Assembly: GCA_964615425.1 (NCBI GenBank)
Contig: CAZTOB010000002.1
Location: 1-54,408 of the forward strand
From: an uncultured Candidatus Saccharibacteria bacterium
GTDB taxonomy: Bacteria; Patescibacteriota; Minisyncoccia; Minisyncoccales; CAYTKG01
Direction of reading: 5' to 3'
DNA length: 54,408 bases
Shown: positions 1-8,722 of the stretch, piece by piece
Position numbering within the stretch: the stretch's first letter is position 1
Layout: every line of letters begins with the position of its first letter
Made by a program: the position numbers and the translations under genes
Notes under the pieces: model-generated
What the model was told of the DNA's origin: nothing
Database searches by the model: none
Seen by the model: the letters and a program-made list of their open reading frames with translations, nothing else

Positions 1-418
1 ATAAAGCCATATCCACATTGTTTAAAGCCGACAAAACTTCTTTTGCTTTGGTGGAGGTGGCAAGAAGACCTAAAAACAAGTGTTCCACGGAAATGAATTT
101 ATCTCCCATCTCACCTGCTTTTTTCTGCGCGAACTGGAGAACTTTGGCCATGTCCTGGGTTAAATAAAAGCTTCCCGCGTTTTTCGGAGCAGCTATTTTA
201 GGAATCTGACCCAAACTTACGGAAACTTTGTTCTTTAAATCTTCAATGTTAACTCCCAGCTTGGAAAGAAGAGTGATAACAATGCTTTTCTCCTGACTCA
301 ACAACGCGTAAAGAAGATGCAGTCCGTCAACCTGCTTTTGGCCTTTTTGTTTTGCTATTTTTTGGGCGCGTTTAAGCGCGGATTGTGCTTTGAATGTGAA
401 ATTTTGTCCTTGCATCAT
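1..418 (-). CDS. clpB: ClpB-type AAA+ chaperone, N-terminal fragment (gene continues past window start)
   Basis: My own minus-strand translation from the ATG at 416-418 gives MMQGQNFTFKAQSALKRAQKIAKQKGQKQVDGLHLLYALLSQ...DKFISVEHLFLGLL, i.e. two Clp_N repeats. The frame is open to position 1. It is missing from the ORF track because it is truncated by the window edge. Confidence 0.65.
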   Translation of the reverse strand, partial: MMQGQNFTFKAQSALKRAQKIAKQKGQKQVDGLHLLYALLSQEKSIVITLLSKLGVNIEDLKNKVSVSLGQIPKIAAPKNAGSFYLTQDMAKVLQFAQKKAGEMGDKFISVEHLFLGLLATSTKAKEVLSALNNVDMAL

Positions 419-520
419 ATACTTATTTGTAACACATGAAGAGGCCTTTTTCAAGGGAAAAAAGGAAGAATTTTTAATGGTTTTGAAACTTTTCTTTTAC
501 TTGAGGCTTTGTAAAACAAA

Positions 521-549
521 TTGACAAAAAAGAAAAAAATTGTTTTAAT
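521..549 (+). promoter_or_regulatory. Candidate sigma70-type promoter for the 596-907 gene
   Basis: TTGACA at 521-526, a 17-nt spacer ending in TGT, and TTTAAT at 544-549. An AAAGGAGG Shine-Dalgarno lies at 582-589 ahead of the GTG start at 596. Confidence 0.4.
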
Positions 550-595
550 AAAAGCAAACGCGGTTAAGGTACAATAGCAGAAAAGGAGGAAAAAA

Positions 596-907
596 GTGGA
601 TTTTCAAGAGATAAAGAGTACCGTTAAGAGACTGCTCCTTGTTGCCGGAGCACTTTCTTTGTTCTTTTTTATCGGGCTGGGAATTTTCTCGGGGTTGGGG
701 TGGCTAGCAGAAAACCCCCCGGAAGAAAGTCTTCTCCCCAGCCTGGCAAAAACTGCTGCTTTCGGCCTGGCGGTGGGAGTTGCAATCATCGCCTTGGTCA
801 AAGCAGCTGTTTTCACCGTCCAGTGGGTAACCCCACCTCGGGCGGCGAAAATAATAACCTTCATCACCGTCACAGCCGCTGTTGCGGCGGTGATAAAGAA
901 TTTGTAA
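596..907 (+). CDS. Small hydrophobic membrane protein, unknown function
   Basis: 103-aa ORF with a GTG start preceded by AAAGGAGG. It has 3 predicted TM helices and is followed by a hairpin terminator. Confidence 0.6.
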   Translation: MDFQEIKSTVKRLLLVAGALSLFFFIGLGIFSGLGWLAENPPEESLLPSLAKTAAFGLAVGVAIIALVKAAVFTVQWVTPPRAAKIITFITVTAAVAAVIKNL

Positions 908-912
908 GAGAG

Positions 913-940
913 AACCCTGCCTTCGCGGCAGGGTTTTTCC
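913..940 (+). terminator. Intrinsic terminator, usable in both directions (between convergent 596-907 and htrA-like genes)
   Basis: The AACCCTGCC (913-921) / GGCAGGGTT (927-935) stem has a 5-nt loop and is followed by TTTTT. Confidence 0.7.
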
Positions 941-941
941 T

Positions 942-2201
942 TTATTTTTGAGAAAGAGTCGCCTCTTTTGTAATTCTTTCTCCGTTCCTTACAATCTCCA
1001 AAGAGATGGTGTCTCCGGGCGAGTACTCGATAATGATATCAGCCAGAGTCTCCTGAAGAGAAATCTTTCTTCCATCAAACTTTGTAATAATATCGTCTCT
1101 TTTTAAACCGACCTCTTCACCCGGAGAACCGGGGAAAACCGCCGTTTCAGTTTTTTCTCCCGCAGCGTTTCTTCCCACCCATGCCCCATAGTCAACTGGG
1201 AGATCAAACTCCTCGGAAAGAGCAGGGGTGACCGTGGTGTAGTAAATACCGAGAAAGGGATAAACGACCTCGCCATGGGTTTTAACGTCTTCAATTGCTT
1301 TTTTAGCCCTGTTTATGGGAATGGCGAACCCGACGTTTTCCGCCCCCACCGCCATAGCGGTGTTGATACCTATCACCTCTCCTTTGAGATTTAGAAGCGG
1401 ACCTCCGGAATTACCCTGGTTTATGGCGGCATCGGTTTGAATAATCCCTCTTAAAGATTGCGAGGAGCCTCCCCCCGTAGCGGTAATGTTGCGGCTCAAA
1501 CCGGAAATGATCCCCGAGGTAGCTGAGTTTCTAAACTCCCCCAAAACGTTGCCGATAGCTACCACCGTCTGTCCTATCTGCGCTTCATCCGAGTCCCCGA
1601 GTTTTAAAACGGGCAGAGAGACGTCTTCTATCTTCAAAACGGCAATATCTTGAAGCGGATCAAGGGCTAAAACGTTTGCTTCGAACTTTTCTCCTTCGTT
1701 GGTAAAAACGGTGTATCTGGCGTCTTCCTCCCTTACCACGTGCTTATTGGTTAAAATCAAACCGTCGCTGGAAACAATAAAGCCGGTTCCTCCGCCTATC
1801 TCCCGCTCTTCAGTCCCTTTTTCCCTGTATTGAGGAACCCTAATGTCAAAATCTTCTCCGAAATAATCTTCATACTCTTCAAAGGGGTTGTAATAATATC
1901 TTTCCATAATGGGGACGTCTTTAGTGACAACGATGCTCACCACTCCTGGAGAAGCTTCACGCACAGTATCAACAATCGCATCCGCGGTTGACACCTTCTC
2001 TACCTCTTTTTCTTTTTCAGACAAAGAAAAGGAGGGAGGTTCATTTTCTTTTAAATCAAAAACGAACAAATAACCGACCAAAAAGCCCAAAAGAGAGGCC
2101 AGAAAAGAAGCTAAAACCAACCCCGCAACAAGCCTGCTCTTTCTTATTTTTTTTGTCTTTTGTTCTTTTTTTTCGTCTCCTGGAAAGTTGTAAATACTCA
2201 T
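942..2201 (-). CDS. htrA: HtrA/DegP-family serine protease (trypsin-like S1C domain + C-terminal PDZ), N-terminal TM anchor
   Basis: 419 aa. Motifs seen: TNKHVV (His), DIAVLK (Asp) and GNSGGPLLN (Ser), followed by a PDZ-like C-terminus. Confidence 0.9.
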   Translation of the reverse strand: MSIYNFPGDEKKEQKTKKIRKSRLVAGLVLASFLASLLGFLVGYLFVFDLKENEPPSFSLSEKEKEVEKVSTADAIVDTVREASPGVVSIVVTKDVPIMERYYYNPFEEYEDYFGEDFDIRVPQYREKGTEEREIGGGTGFIVSSDGLILTNKHVVREEDARYTVFTNEGEKFEANVLALDPLQDIAVLKIEDVSLPVLKLGDSDEAQIGQTVVAIGNVLGEFRNSATSGIISGLSRNITATGGGSSQSLRGIIQTDAAINQGNSGGPLLNLKGEVIGINTAMAVGAENVGFAIPINRAKKAIEDVKTHGEVVYPFLGIYYTTVTPALSEEFDLPVDYGAWVGRNAAGEKTETAVFPGSPGEEVGLKRDDIITKFDGRKISLQETLADIIIEYSPGDTISLEIVRNGERITKEATLSQK

Positions 2202-2211
2202 ATTTTAATTC

Positions 2212-3717
2212 TTAATTCTTTTCTTTTAGTTTATCAAAGATCAGCCCCTTTGAAAAGTGTTTGTTTTTAAGATAAAAAACAAAAAGAAAAAGAAAAAGGT
2301 AAGCTCCCGCCGCTGCCAAAAAAGGAATCCTCACTTTCACCGAAGCAAAAGGAACCTGGGAAGAAAGACTAACAATCCAAAGAACAAAACGAAGCCCCAG
2401 GCGGGAGGGAAGAGACAGAATCCGAGCCAACCCCACCGAAACAAAAGAAGCCAAAGCTGAAAAAGCGCCCCAGATTGTTAAAAAGGGAACTAAAGAAAGA
2501 ATGAGAAGGTTGGAAAAGGGAGCCACAACCGAAAACCGACCGAAGTTGTAAAGAAGAAGAGGCAAAACAAAAACCTGAGCACTTAAAGTGGTTACTAAAT
2601 TCTCTCTCGCCCCTAAAGCCTCCGGCAGAAAAGAAAAAACACCTTCCAAGGGTTTGTTTAAGAAAAGAAGGCCCAAAAAGGCGAGAAAGGAAAGCTGAAA
2701 CCCGACATCCAAAACGTCAAGAGGAGAAAAAAAGAGCATGAAAAAAGCACTTAAAACAGCCACCCTCTCGGCATCAGGGATACGCCCCATTTTAGTTGCC
2801 AAAAGAAGAAGTCCTCCCATAATACCCGCTCTTACTCCGCAGGCGGGAGCTCCGATTAAAAAAACATAAGAAAGTATAAAAACAAGAGTGGCCCAAAAAG
2901 CCCGCCCTCTAGCTACCCCGAAAGAAACCAAACTACTCAAAAGTATACCCGATAAGATGGTGATGTTGGTCCCCGAAACCGCCGCTATATGACGCGTCCC
3001 AGTTTCATTCAAACGCTCCTTCCACTCATAAGGAATATTCTCTTCTTCTCCAAAAACCAAAGCCTCGAAAAAACCCCTTGCCGGAGAGGGATAAACCCTG
3101 CCGAAGGCGTCCTTAAAAACGGACTTTATCCTCAAAAAAGGAGCGTCCCAAAAAGAACCCTTCTTCAAAACTTCAATCTCGGGATAGCTTATCAAAAAAT
3201 AAATACCTTGTCTTTTTAGGTAAGAAGAGTAGTCAAATCCGTTGAACGGAGCCGGTTTTTCAAGCTTCCCTTCAAGCAAAATAACGTCTCCGGAGGCTAC
3301 AACGGGATAAAGATGATCCGAGACCCTCGCCTTCACCCCAAGCTCTTCTATTTCCACCACAAAGTTCTTTTTAAAAGAAAGGGTCTCAACTCCTCCCACA
3401 ACCCTTCCTTCCCATACTTCTTTCTGGCCGAAGAAGCTCTCAAGATCAGGTCTTTCTGTTTTTTTAAGGTCTTTTTGGAAATGAAAAAAGCCCAAAAGAG
3501 AAAAACAAAGAAGCCCCGAAACAAAAAGAAATCTTTTGTCTTTTGAAAAACAGAAAAGAAAAATGAAAAAAGACACTAAAAAAAACAAACCTTGACCGAA
3601 AAGATCAAGGTTTGTCGCCCCGGCCAGAATTCCCAAAACGAAAAACAAGGCAACTTTTTCAACCGCCCCCGGCCACTTCAAAAAGGAGAAGGCATCACGG
3701 GACTGTCGGGAGAGCAC
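2212..3717 (-). CDS. comEC: ComEC/Rec2-family DNA internalisation channel (competence domain only, no beta-lactamase domain)
   Basis: 501 aa and polytopic, with a HIAAVSGTNITIL motif typical of the ComEC competence domain. The start is uncertain: GTG at 3717, or TTG at 3681 overlapping the upstream TGA. Confidence 0.8.
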   Translation of the reverse strand: MLSRQSRDAFSFLKWPGAVEKVALFFVLGILAGATNLDLFGQGLFFLVSFFIFLFCFSKDKRFLFVSGLLCFSLLGFFHFQKDLKKTERPDLESFFGQKEVWEGRVVGGVETLSFKKNFVVEIEELGVKARVSDHLYPVVASGDVILLEGKLEKPAPFNGFDYSSYLKRQGIYFLISYPEIEVLKKGSFWDAPFLRIKSVFKDAFGRVYPSPARGFFEALVFGEEENIPYEWKERLNETGTRHIAAVSGTNITILSGILLSSLVSFGVARGRAFWATLVFILSYVFLIGAPACGVRAGIMGGLLLLATKMGRIPDAERVAVLSAFFMLFFSPLDVLDVGFQLSFLAFLGLLFLNKPLEGVFSFLPEALGARENLVTTLSAQVFVLPLLLYNFGRFSVVAPFSNLLILSLVPFLTIWGAFSALASFVSVGLARILSLPSRLGLRFVLWIVSLSSQVPFASVKVRIPFLAAAGAYLFLFLFVFYLKNKHFSKGLIFDKLKEKN

Positions 3718-4865
3718 CTCAAATCAACCGGATTGCAATAAGAAGCGGGGCTGGTTTCTGTCTCTTCTGCATATCCAGTACTGTCAATACAATAATAATC
3801 CCCTCCGGGAAGCTCAACGTAAGCGCAGTAACTGTCGCCTTCCGCGTAAATCACAGGTTCCTCTCCCGCATACTCCCGGATATCTTCACATAACTCCTCG
3901 GCCTCGTCCTTGCCACAAGAGATGTCATAGCCGGTTTCATAATCACGCGTCACTTCCGCCACCGCACGAAGCTGACTCATAGAAGAAATTACACGGGCGG
4001 AAGAAGCTTTGGAGCGAGCTCCACGCAGAGAAAGCCCCATTATCACAGGAACCGAAGCCGCCATCAAAAGACCCAAAACAACAAGGATGATCATCAATGT
4101 TTTGGAAATGGCGGATTTTTTAACCTCAACCCCTTTTTTAATTTCCTTCAATTCCTCATACAAGACAACCAGCCAAACAACACTTAAAGGTGCGATTAAA
4201 AGCCCGGGAATATAACTAATCACTTCACTCAAGATGCCGGAAAAAGAAACAAGCGTAATCAGAAGACCGGCCGCAAGACTTAAAAGAAAGCTGATTATGG
4301 CAACAACCACCCCAAAAAGGAAAAAACGACCGACAATCCCCCACCAGTGTCCATCTACAAGCTGTTTGCTTCTTTGAAGCGTTTTAAAACCTTTTTTCCT
4401 TTCATCCACCGCTACCAAAGAGGAAAAAGCGAAACAAAAAGAAAGATAAATTCCCGGCACAATTAAAAACAAGAATCCGGCACCGGCAATCAGCGCACTT
4501 AAAACCCCGGCCCACCAAACAGCAAAAGCCACCTTCCAACTTTTCTTGTAGGCTTCTTTTATTCCCTTAACCTCATCTCTTTTTTGAACCGCCCAAAGAA
4601 GAGCCGCTTGACTCCAAATCATAATCACAAAAAGAGCTGGGGAAAAAACACCCAAGAAAACAATTGTGAAAGTGTTAATGCTTCCCGGAGCCCGAAACAT
4701 CTCTTCTCCCAAAAAAGAGAACAAAAAAGATACAAAAACAGGAACGGCTGCAACCCCCAGCAGCACCGGAAAGTTCTCTTTGTAAATCCGCCAGGTCTTT
4801 CTAAAAATGTCTTTAAAGCTTGAAAGACCGCGCTTTTTAAAACCTTCTCTCATTTCTTCTTGCAT
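3678..4865 (-). CDS. Polytopic membrane protein with C-terminal pilin-like, Cys-rich extracytoplasmic domain
   Basis: 395 aa. The N-terminal region of about 270 aa has about 6 TM helices. It is followed by a final TM helix plus ARSKASSARVISSMSQLRAVAEV...YCAYVELPGGDYYCIDSTG, which resembles a type IV pilin helix and head without the G|FTLxE cleavage site. Confidence 0.55.
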   Translation of the reverse strand: MQEEMREGFKKRGLSSFKDIFRKTWRIYKENFPVLLGVAAVPVFVSFLFSFLGEEMFRAPGSINTFTIVFLGVFSPALFVIMIWSQAALLWAVQKRDEVKGIKEAYKKSWKVAFAVWWAGVLSALIAGAGFLFLIVPGIYLSFCFAFSSLVAVDERKKGFKTLQRSKQLVDGHWWGIVGRFFLFGVVVAIISFLLSLAAGLLITLVSFSGILSEVISYIPGLLIAPLSVVWLVVLYEELKEIKKGVEVKKSAISKTLMIILVVLGLLMAASVPVIMGLSLRGARSKASSARVISSMSQLRAVAEVTRDYETGYDISCGKDEAEELCEDIREYAGEEPVIYAEGDSYCAYVELPGGDYYCIDSTGYAEETETSPASYCNPVDLRCSPDSPVMPSPF

Positions 4866-4883
4866 ATTTTTTATTATTTCTAA

Positions 4884-5630
4884 TTAACTTTTTCTCACCC
4901 CGCATTCGTCAAAAAAGGGTTCAATTTCTTTGGCCAACTTCCATAGAAAATCATCTTCGTATAAGGCTTTTTTCACATGATCCGGCAGTTCTGTGTCAGG
5001 CCTAAACTCCTGCAGATAGTAGCGCCGGGCGGGAGAGATCCATTTAGCTATCTTTTTAACGTCCCTTTCGCTTAAAAGCCCAGGAACAACGGTGGTGCGG
5101 AATTCGTATTCAACTCGTTCTTCCTTCAAAAACTCTATGCTTTTTTCCACGTTCTCTAAAAGATTATCCTTCCAAAAATCTCCCCGTCCGCCGTCTACCT
5201 CTTCAAAAAAAATCTTCCCTCCTATAGCCTGAAAATACTTCTCCCGCGGAGACTTAACATCCATTGCCACGTAATCAATCAAGTTTTTATTAGTCAGCTT
5301 TTTAATCATTTCCGGGTTGCAGCCGTTGGTGTCTAGTTTAACATCGTACTCCATTTCTTTCACCCGGCTGCAAAAAGAAGGAAGGTTTGGGTTGATAGTC
5401 GGCTCCCCTCCAGTAAGCACCACCCCTTCCAATCTGCCTTCTCTTCCTTTTAGGAAATCAAAAACTTCTTCAAGAGGTATTTGAGGGTGATTTCTTATTT
5501 TCTCAGGTAAAACAAGCTCCTTATTATGACACCATGGACACCGAAAAGAGCAACCGGAAAAAAATACGGTGCAGGCTAATTTTTCAGGATAATCGACGAG
5601 GGTAAATTTTTGAAAACCCCCTATCTTCAT
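4884..5630 (-). CDS. nrdG: Anaerobic ribonucleoside-triphosphate reductase activating protein (radical SAM)
   Basis: CSFRCPWCHN is the radical-SAM cluster motif. I chose the start at the ATG at 5628-5630 (MKIGGFQKFTLVDYP), which sits next to the nrdD stop. The longer track ORF reaching 5699 would overlap nrdD. Confidence 0.85.
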   Translation of the reverse strand: MKIGGFQKFTLVDYPEKLACTVFFSGCSFRCPWCHNKELVLPEKIRNHPQIPLEEVFDFLKGREGRLEGVVLTGGEPTINPNLPSFCSRVKEMEYDVKLDTNGCNPEMIKKLTNKNLIDYVAMDVKSPREKYFQAIGGKIFFEEVDGGRGDFWKDNLLENVEKSIEFLKEERVEYEFRTTVVPGLLSERDVKKIAKWISPARRYYLQEFRPDTELPDHVKKALYEDDFLWKLAKEIEPFFDECGVRKS

Positions 5631-5631
5631 T

Positions 5632-7740
5632 TTATTTTTGATGCTTATACTCCCTTCTCTCCGCAAACTCCTGCCTTTTGCCGTCGTTCCACTGACCAAC
5701 AGGACGGAGATAGCCGACGATTCTTGAGTAAACCTCGCAGGGCTGTTTTATGGTGCATTTCGGACATTCGAAATGCTCCCCGGAAAGATATCCGTGTGTC
5801 GGGCAGACCGAAAAAGTCGGAGTAAGACTGATATAAGGAAGTTCAAACTCCTCAAAGACGCTTCTCACCAGTTTTTTCGCTTGGTTGGGGTCATCAATTT
5901 TTTCACCGAGATAGAGATGTTGGACCGTACCCCCCGTGTATTTAGCCTGGATGTCATCCTGTAAGTCCAAAGCTTTAAACACGTCGTCGGTGTAGTCAAC
6001 CGGAAGCTGGGTGGAGTTGGTGTAATAGGGAGTTTCTTCGGTCCCCGAAGTTATGATGTCGGGATACTTTTCCTTGTCTTTAAGAGCCAAACGATAGCTT
6101 GTCCCCTCAGCCGGTGAGGCTTCTAAATTATAAAGGTTGCCTGTTTCTTTCTGGTATTCCAGAAGTTTGTCTCTCATAAAATCCATTACTTCCTTGGTGA
6201 ACGCCCTCCCTTTTCTCGTTCCGATGTCTTTTCCCATAAAGTTTAAGACGGCCTCGTTCATCCCCACCAAACCGATGGTTGAAAAGTGGTTGTCCCAATA
6301 CCCCCCTCTCATTTTTTTAACGCTGGAAAGCCAGTGCTTGCAATACGGGTAAAGCCCTTTTTCCGTAAAGTTTTCCACTGTCTTCCTTTTTATCTCCAGG
6401 CTTTCTTTAGACAGTTCCATCAATTCTCCCACACGACTTAAAAATTCTTTTTTGTTCTCGCTTAAATAACCGATGCGGGGCATGTTAAGGGTTACAACCC
6501 CGATAGAACCGGTTAAAGATCCGGCTCCGAAAAGACCTCCGCCGCCTCTGTTGTAAAGCTCTTTTTTATTAATTTGAAGACGGCAGCACATACTGCGAAT
6601 ATCCTTGGGGTCCATGTCGGAGTTAAGATAGTTTCCAAAATAATTGATACCGTACTTGGCCGTCGCCTCCCACATCGGCTCCAGAGATTTCTTCTCCCAA
6701 GGAAAATCATCAGTAATATTTATCGTCGGAATGGGAAAGGTGAAAACCCTTCCTTGGGCATCACCTTCGATCATCACTTCGTAAAGCGCCTTGTTCAGCA
6801 TGTTCATTTCTTCCTGGAAATCTCCGTAGGTGAAGTCCTGAGGTTCTCCACCGATAACAACGGATTGATCAGCAAAAAGAGGGGAAGGGGAAATATCAAG
6901 GGTGATATTGGTAAAGGGAGTTTGAAAACCGACTCTCGTAGGCACGTTCATATTAAACAAAAACTCCTGCATCGCCTGTTTGACATGCCTGTAGGAAAGA
7001 TGGTCAACCCGGATAAAAGGAGCCAGAAGGGTATCGAAGTTGGAAAAAGCAACTGCTCCCGCCACCTCCCCTTGAACCGTGTAAAGAAAATTTACAATCT
7101 GCCCCAGGGCGGTCTTGAAATGCTTGGGAGGCTTAGACTGAATCTTTCCTTTAACTCCCCCGAAACCCTCCGTTAATAACTCATAAAGGTCCCAACCGGC
7201 ACAATAAGCACCGAGCGTCTGAAGATCATGAATGTGGAGATCGCTTTCTCTTTCCGCCCTTCTTATCTCTTCGGGGTAAACTTTTTCCAGCCAGTACCTT
7301 TTAACTAAGTGAGCGGCGACATAGTTGTTAAGCCCCTGAAGGGAATAACTCATGTTGGCGTTTTCTTTCACCTCCCAGTCCAGCCTGCGGAGATACTGAT
7401 CTACCTTGTCTACACCTTCTTCCTCCGCCTGAGCCATTTCTCTCAACTTTCTATGCTGCTCCCGGTAGAGAATATATGCTTTAGCCGCCTTGAAAAGGTT
7501 TTTCCTGATTAAAACCTTTTCTACGCAGTCCTGGATATTTTCAACAGAAATGAGTTCTTCGCCCTCGAACTCCCGGTTAATAAGATCCACCACTTCACCG
7601 GACAGCGCCTCGGCTCTTTCTTCTCCGTTCTCCTTGGTGGCCCGAAGCGCCTCGTAAATAGCTTTTTTAATTTTTTCAGCCTTAAAGCTTACAATTTTTC
7701 CATCCCGCTTTTTAACACGGTTGACTTTCTTGTCCATCAA
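5632..7740 (-). CDS. nrdD: Class III (anaerobic) ribonucleoside-triphosphate reductase with N-terminal ATP-cone
   Basis: 702 aa with an ATP-cone at the N-terminus. The C-terminus has a Cys4 zinc site (CPTHG...CPKC...C) and the glycyl-radical motif SRIVGYLRPV..WNDGKRQE. Confidence 0.92.
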   Translation of the reverse strand: MMDKKVNRVKKRDGKIVSFKAEKIKKAIYEALRATKENGEERAEALSGEVVDLINREFEGEELISVENIQDCVEKVLIRKNLFKAAKAYILYREQHRKLREMAQAEEEGVDKVDQYLRRLDWEVKENANMSYSLQGLNNYVAAHLVKRYWLEKVYPEEIRRAERESDLHIHDLQTLGAYCAGWDLYELLTEGFGGVKGKIQSKPPKHFKTALGQIVNFLYTVQGEVAGAVAFSNFDTLLAPFIRVDHLSYRHVKQAMQEFLFNMNVPTRVGFQTPFTNITLDISPSPLFADQSVVIGGEPQDFTYGDFQEEMNMLNKALYEVMIEGDAQGRVFTFPIPTINITDDFPWEKKSLEPMWEATAKYGINYFGNYLNSDMDPKDIRSMCCRLQINKKELYNRGGGGLFGAGSLTGSIGVVTLNMPRIGYLSENKKEFLSRVGELMELSKESLEIKRKTVENFTEKGLYPYCKHWLSSVKKMRGGYWDNHFSTIGLVGMNEAVLNFMGKDIGTRKGRAFTKEVMDFMRDKLLEYQKETGNLYNLEASPAEGTSYRLALKDKEKYPDIITSGTEETPYYTNSTQLPVDYTDDVFKALDLQDDIQAKYTGGTVQHLYLGEKIDDPNQAKKLVRSVFEEFELPYISLTPTFSVCPTHGYLSGEHFECPKCTIKQPCEVYSRIVGYLRPVGQWNDGKRQEFAERREYKHQK

Positions 7741-7760
7741 ACTTAAAATTTTAAATTACT

Positions 7761-7784
7761 AAAAGGGCTGATTCTCAAAGGCCC
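7761..7784 (-). terminator. Possible intrinsic terminator after ftsZ
   Basis: On the minus strand GGGCCUUUGAGAAUCAGCCC forms an imperfect hairpin followed by UUUU. Confidence 0.4.
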
Positions 7785-7793
7785 AAAAACAAA

Positions 7794-8720
7794 TTAGAAA
7801 CCAGTGGCGATCACCGTTACCTTGATATTTCCTTTTTTCAGTTTTTCATCCTGAATCGCCCCAAATATCACTCTGGTATTTTTCCCTCCATTTTCTGTAA
7901 TCACCTCCGCCGCTTCGTTAATCTCGTGCAAGCTTATATCCTCCCCGCCCGAAATATTAAACAAAATTCCTCCCGCTTCGGAAATAGAAACATCCAAAAG
8001 AGGAGAAGAAAGGGCTTCTCTTGCCGCCCGGGCGGCTCTCTTTTTACCGCTCGCCTTGCCGATACCGAAAAAGGCGGTTCCCGAATCTTTCATAATTGAC
8101 TTTACGTCGGCAAAATTAACATTAACTATACCCGGCAGAGCAACAAGATCCGAAATTCCTTTAACCGCTTGATGTAAGACCTCGTCACATTTTTCAAAGG
8201 CCTCCGAAACGGACGTGCTTGAGTCAAGAACCCTAGTTAAATTAGCGTTCGGAATAACAATCAACGTATCAGTTGACTCTTCAAGCTCCCTTTTCGCTTT
8301 TTCGGCTACTTGGGACCTTACCTTGCCTTCAAACTCAAAAGGGGTGGTAATAACACCGATAGTCAAGGCTCCCATCTCTTGAGCGAGGTCGGCTACAACA
8401 GGAGCTGCTCCCGATCCAGTTCCTCCCCCCAGTCCAGTGGTTATAAAAATAATATCAGCTCCTTTTAAAGCCTCCCTTATTTCTTCTTTTTGCTCCAAAG
8501 CAGCTTCACGACCCACCTCGGGTCTCATCCCTGCTCCTAAACCTCTGGTTACTTTCTTACCAATTCTTATCTTTTTATCGGAAGCTTTCTTTTCCAAGTC
8601 TTGAGCGTCGGTGTTTATGGAAATAAGTTCCACGTTTTCCAGTTTTTTCTTTTTCATCCGGTTGACCGCGTTTCCTCCCGATCCTCCCACCCCAACAACT
8701 TTTATACTCACGTCTCTCAT
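7794..8720 (-). CDS. ftsZ: Cell division GTPase FtsZ, core domains only (no C-terminal linker/tail)
   Basis: The tubulin signature [13 protein letters not shown] is present. The 308-aa protein ends at ...KVTVIATGF immediately after the C-terminal globular domain. Confidence 0.93.
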   Translation of the reverse strand: MRDVSIKVVGVGGSGGNAVNRMKKKKLENVELISINTDAQDLEKKASDKKIRIGKKVTRGLGAGMRPEVGREAALEQKEEIREALKGADIIFITTGLGGGTGSGAAPVVADLAQEMGALTIGVITTPFEFEGKVRSQVAEKAKRELEESTDTLIVIPNANLTRVLDSSTSVSEAFEKCDEVLHQAVKGISDLVALPGIVNVNFADVKSIMKDSGTAFFGIGKASGKKRAARAAREALSSPLLDVSISEAGGILFNISGGEDISLHEINEAAEVITENGGKNTRVIFGAIQDEKLKKGNIKVTVIATGF

Positions 8721-8722
8721 AT

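Noticed and set aside
6574-7176. A 200-aa plus-strand ORF inside nrdD. Similar long antisense ORFs occur at 10024-10464, 12985-13335, 14301-14942, 20387-20854, 23021-23533, 31207-31641 and 49954-50370.
   Set aside because: Each lies fully within a confidently identified gene on the opposite strand. Their compositions are low-complexity Ser/Pro/Phe/Lys-rich and typical of shadow frames, and they have no recognisable motifs or RBS.
7741-7793. I looked for NrdR boxes or a B12 element upstream of nrdD.
   Set aside because: No tandem 16-bp acaCwAtATaTwGtgt-like palindromes are present. The 53-nt spacer holds only a weak hairpin that looks like the ftsZ terminator.
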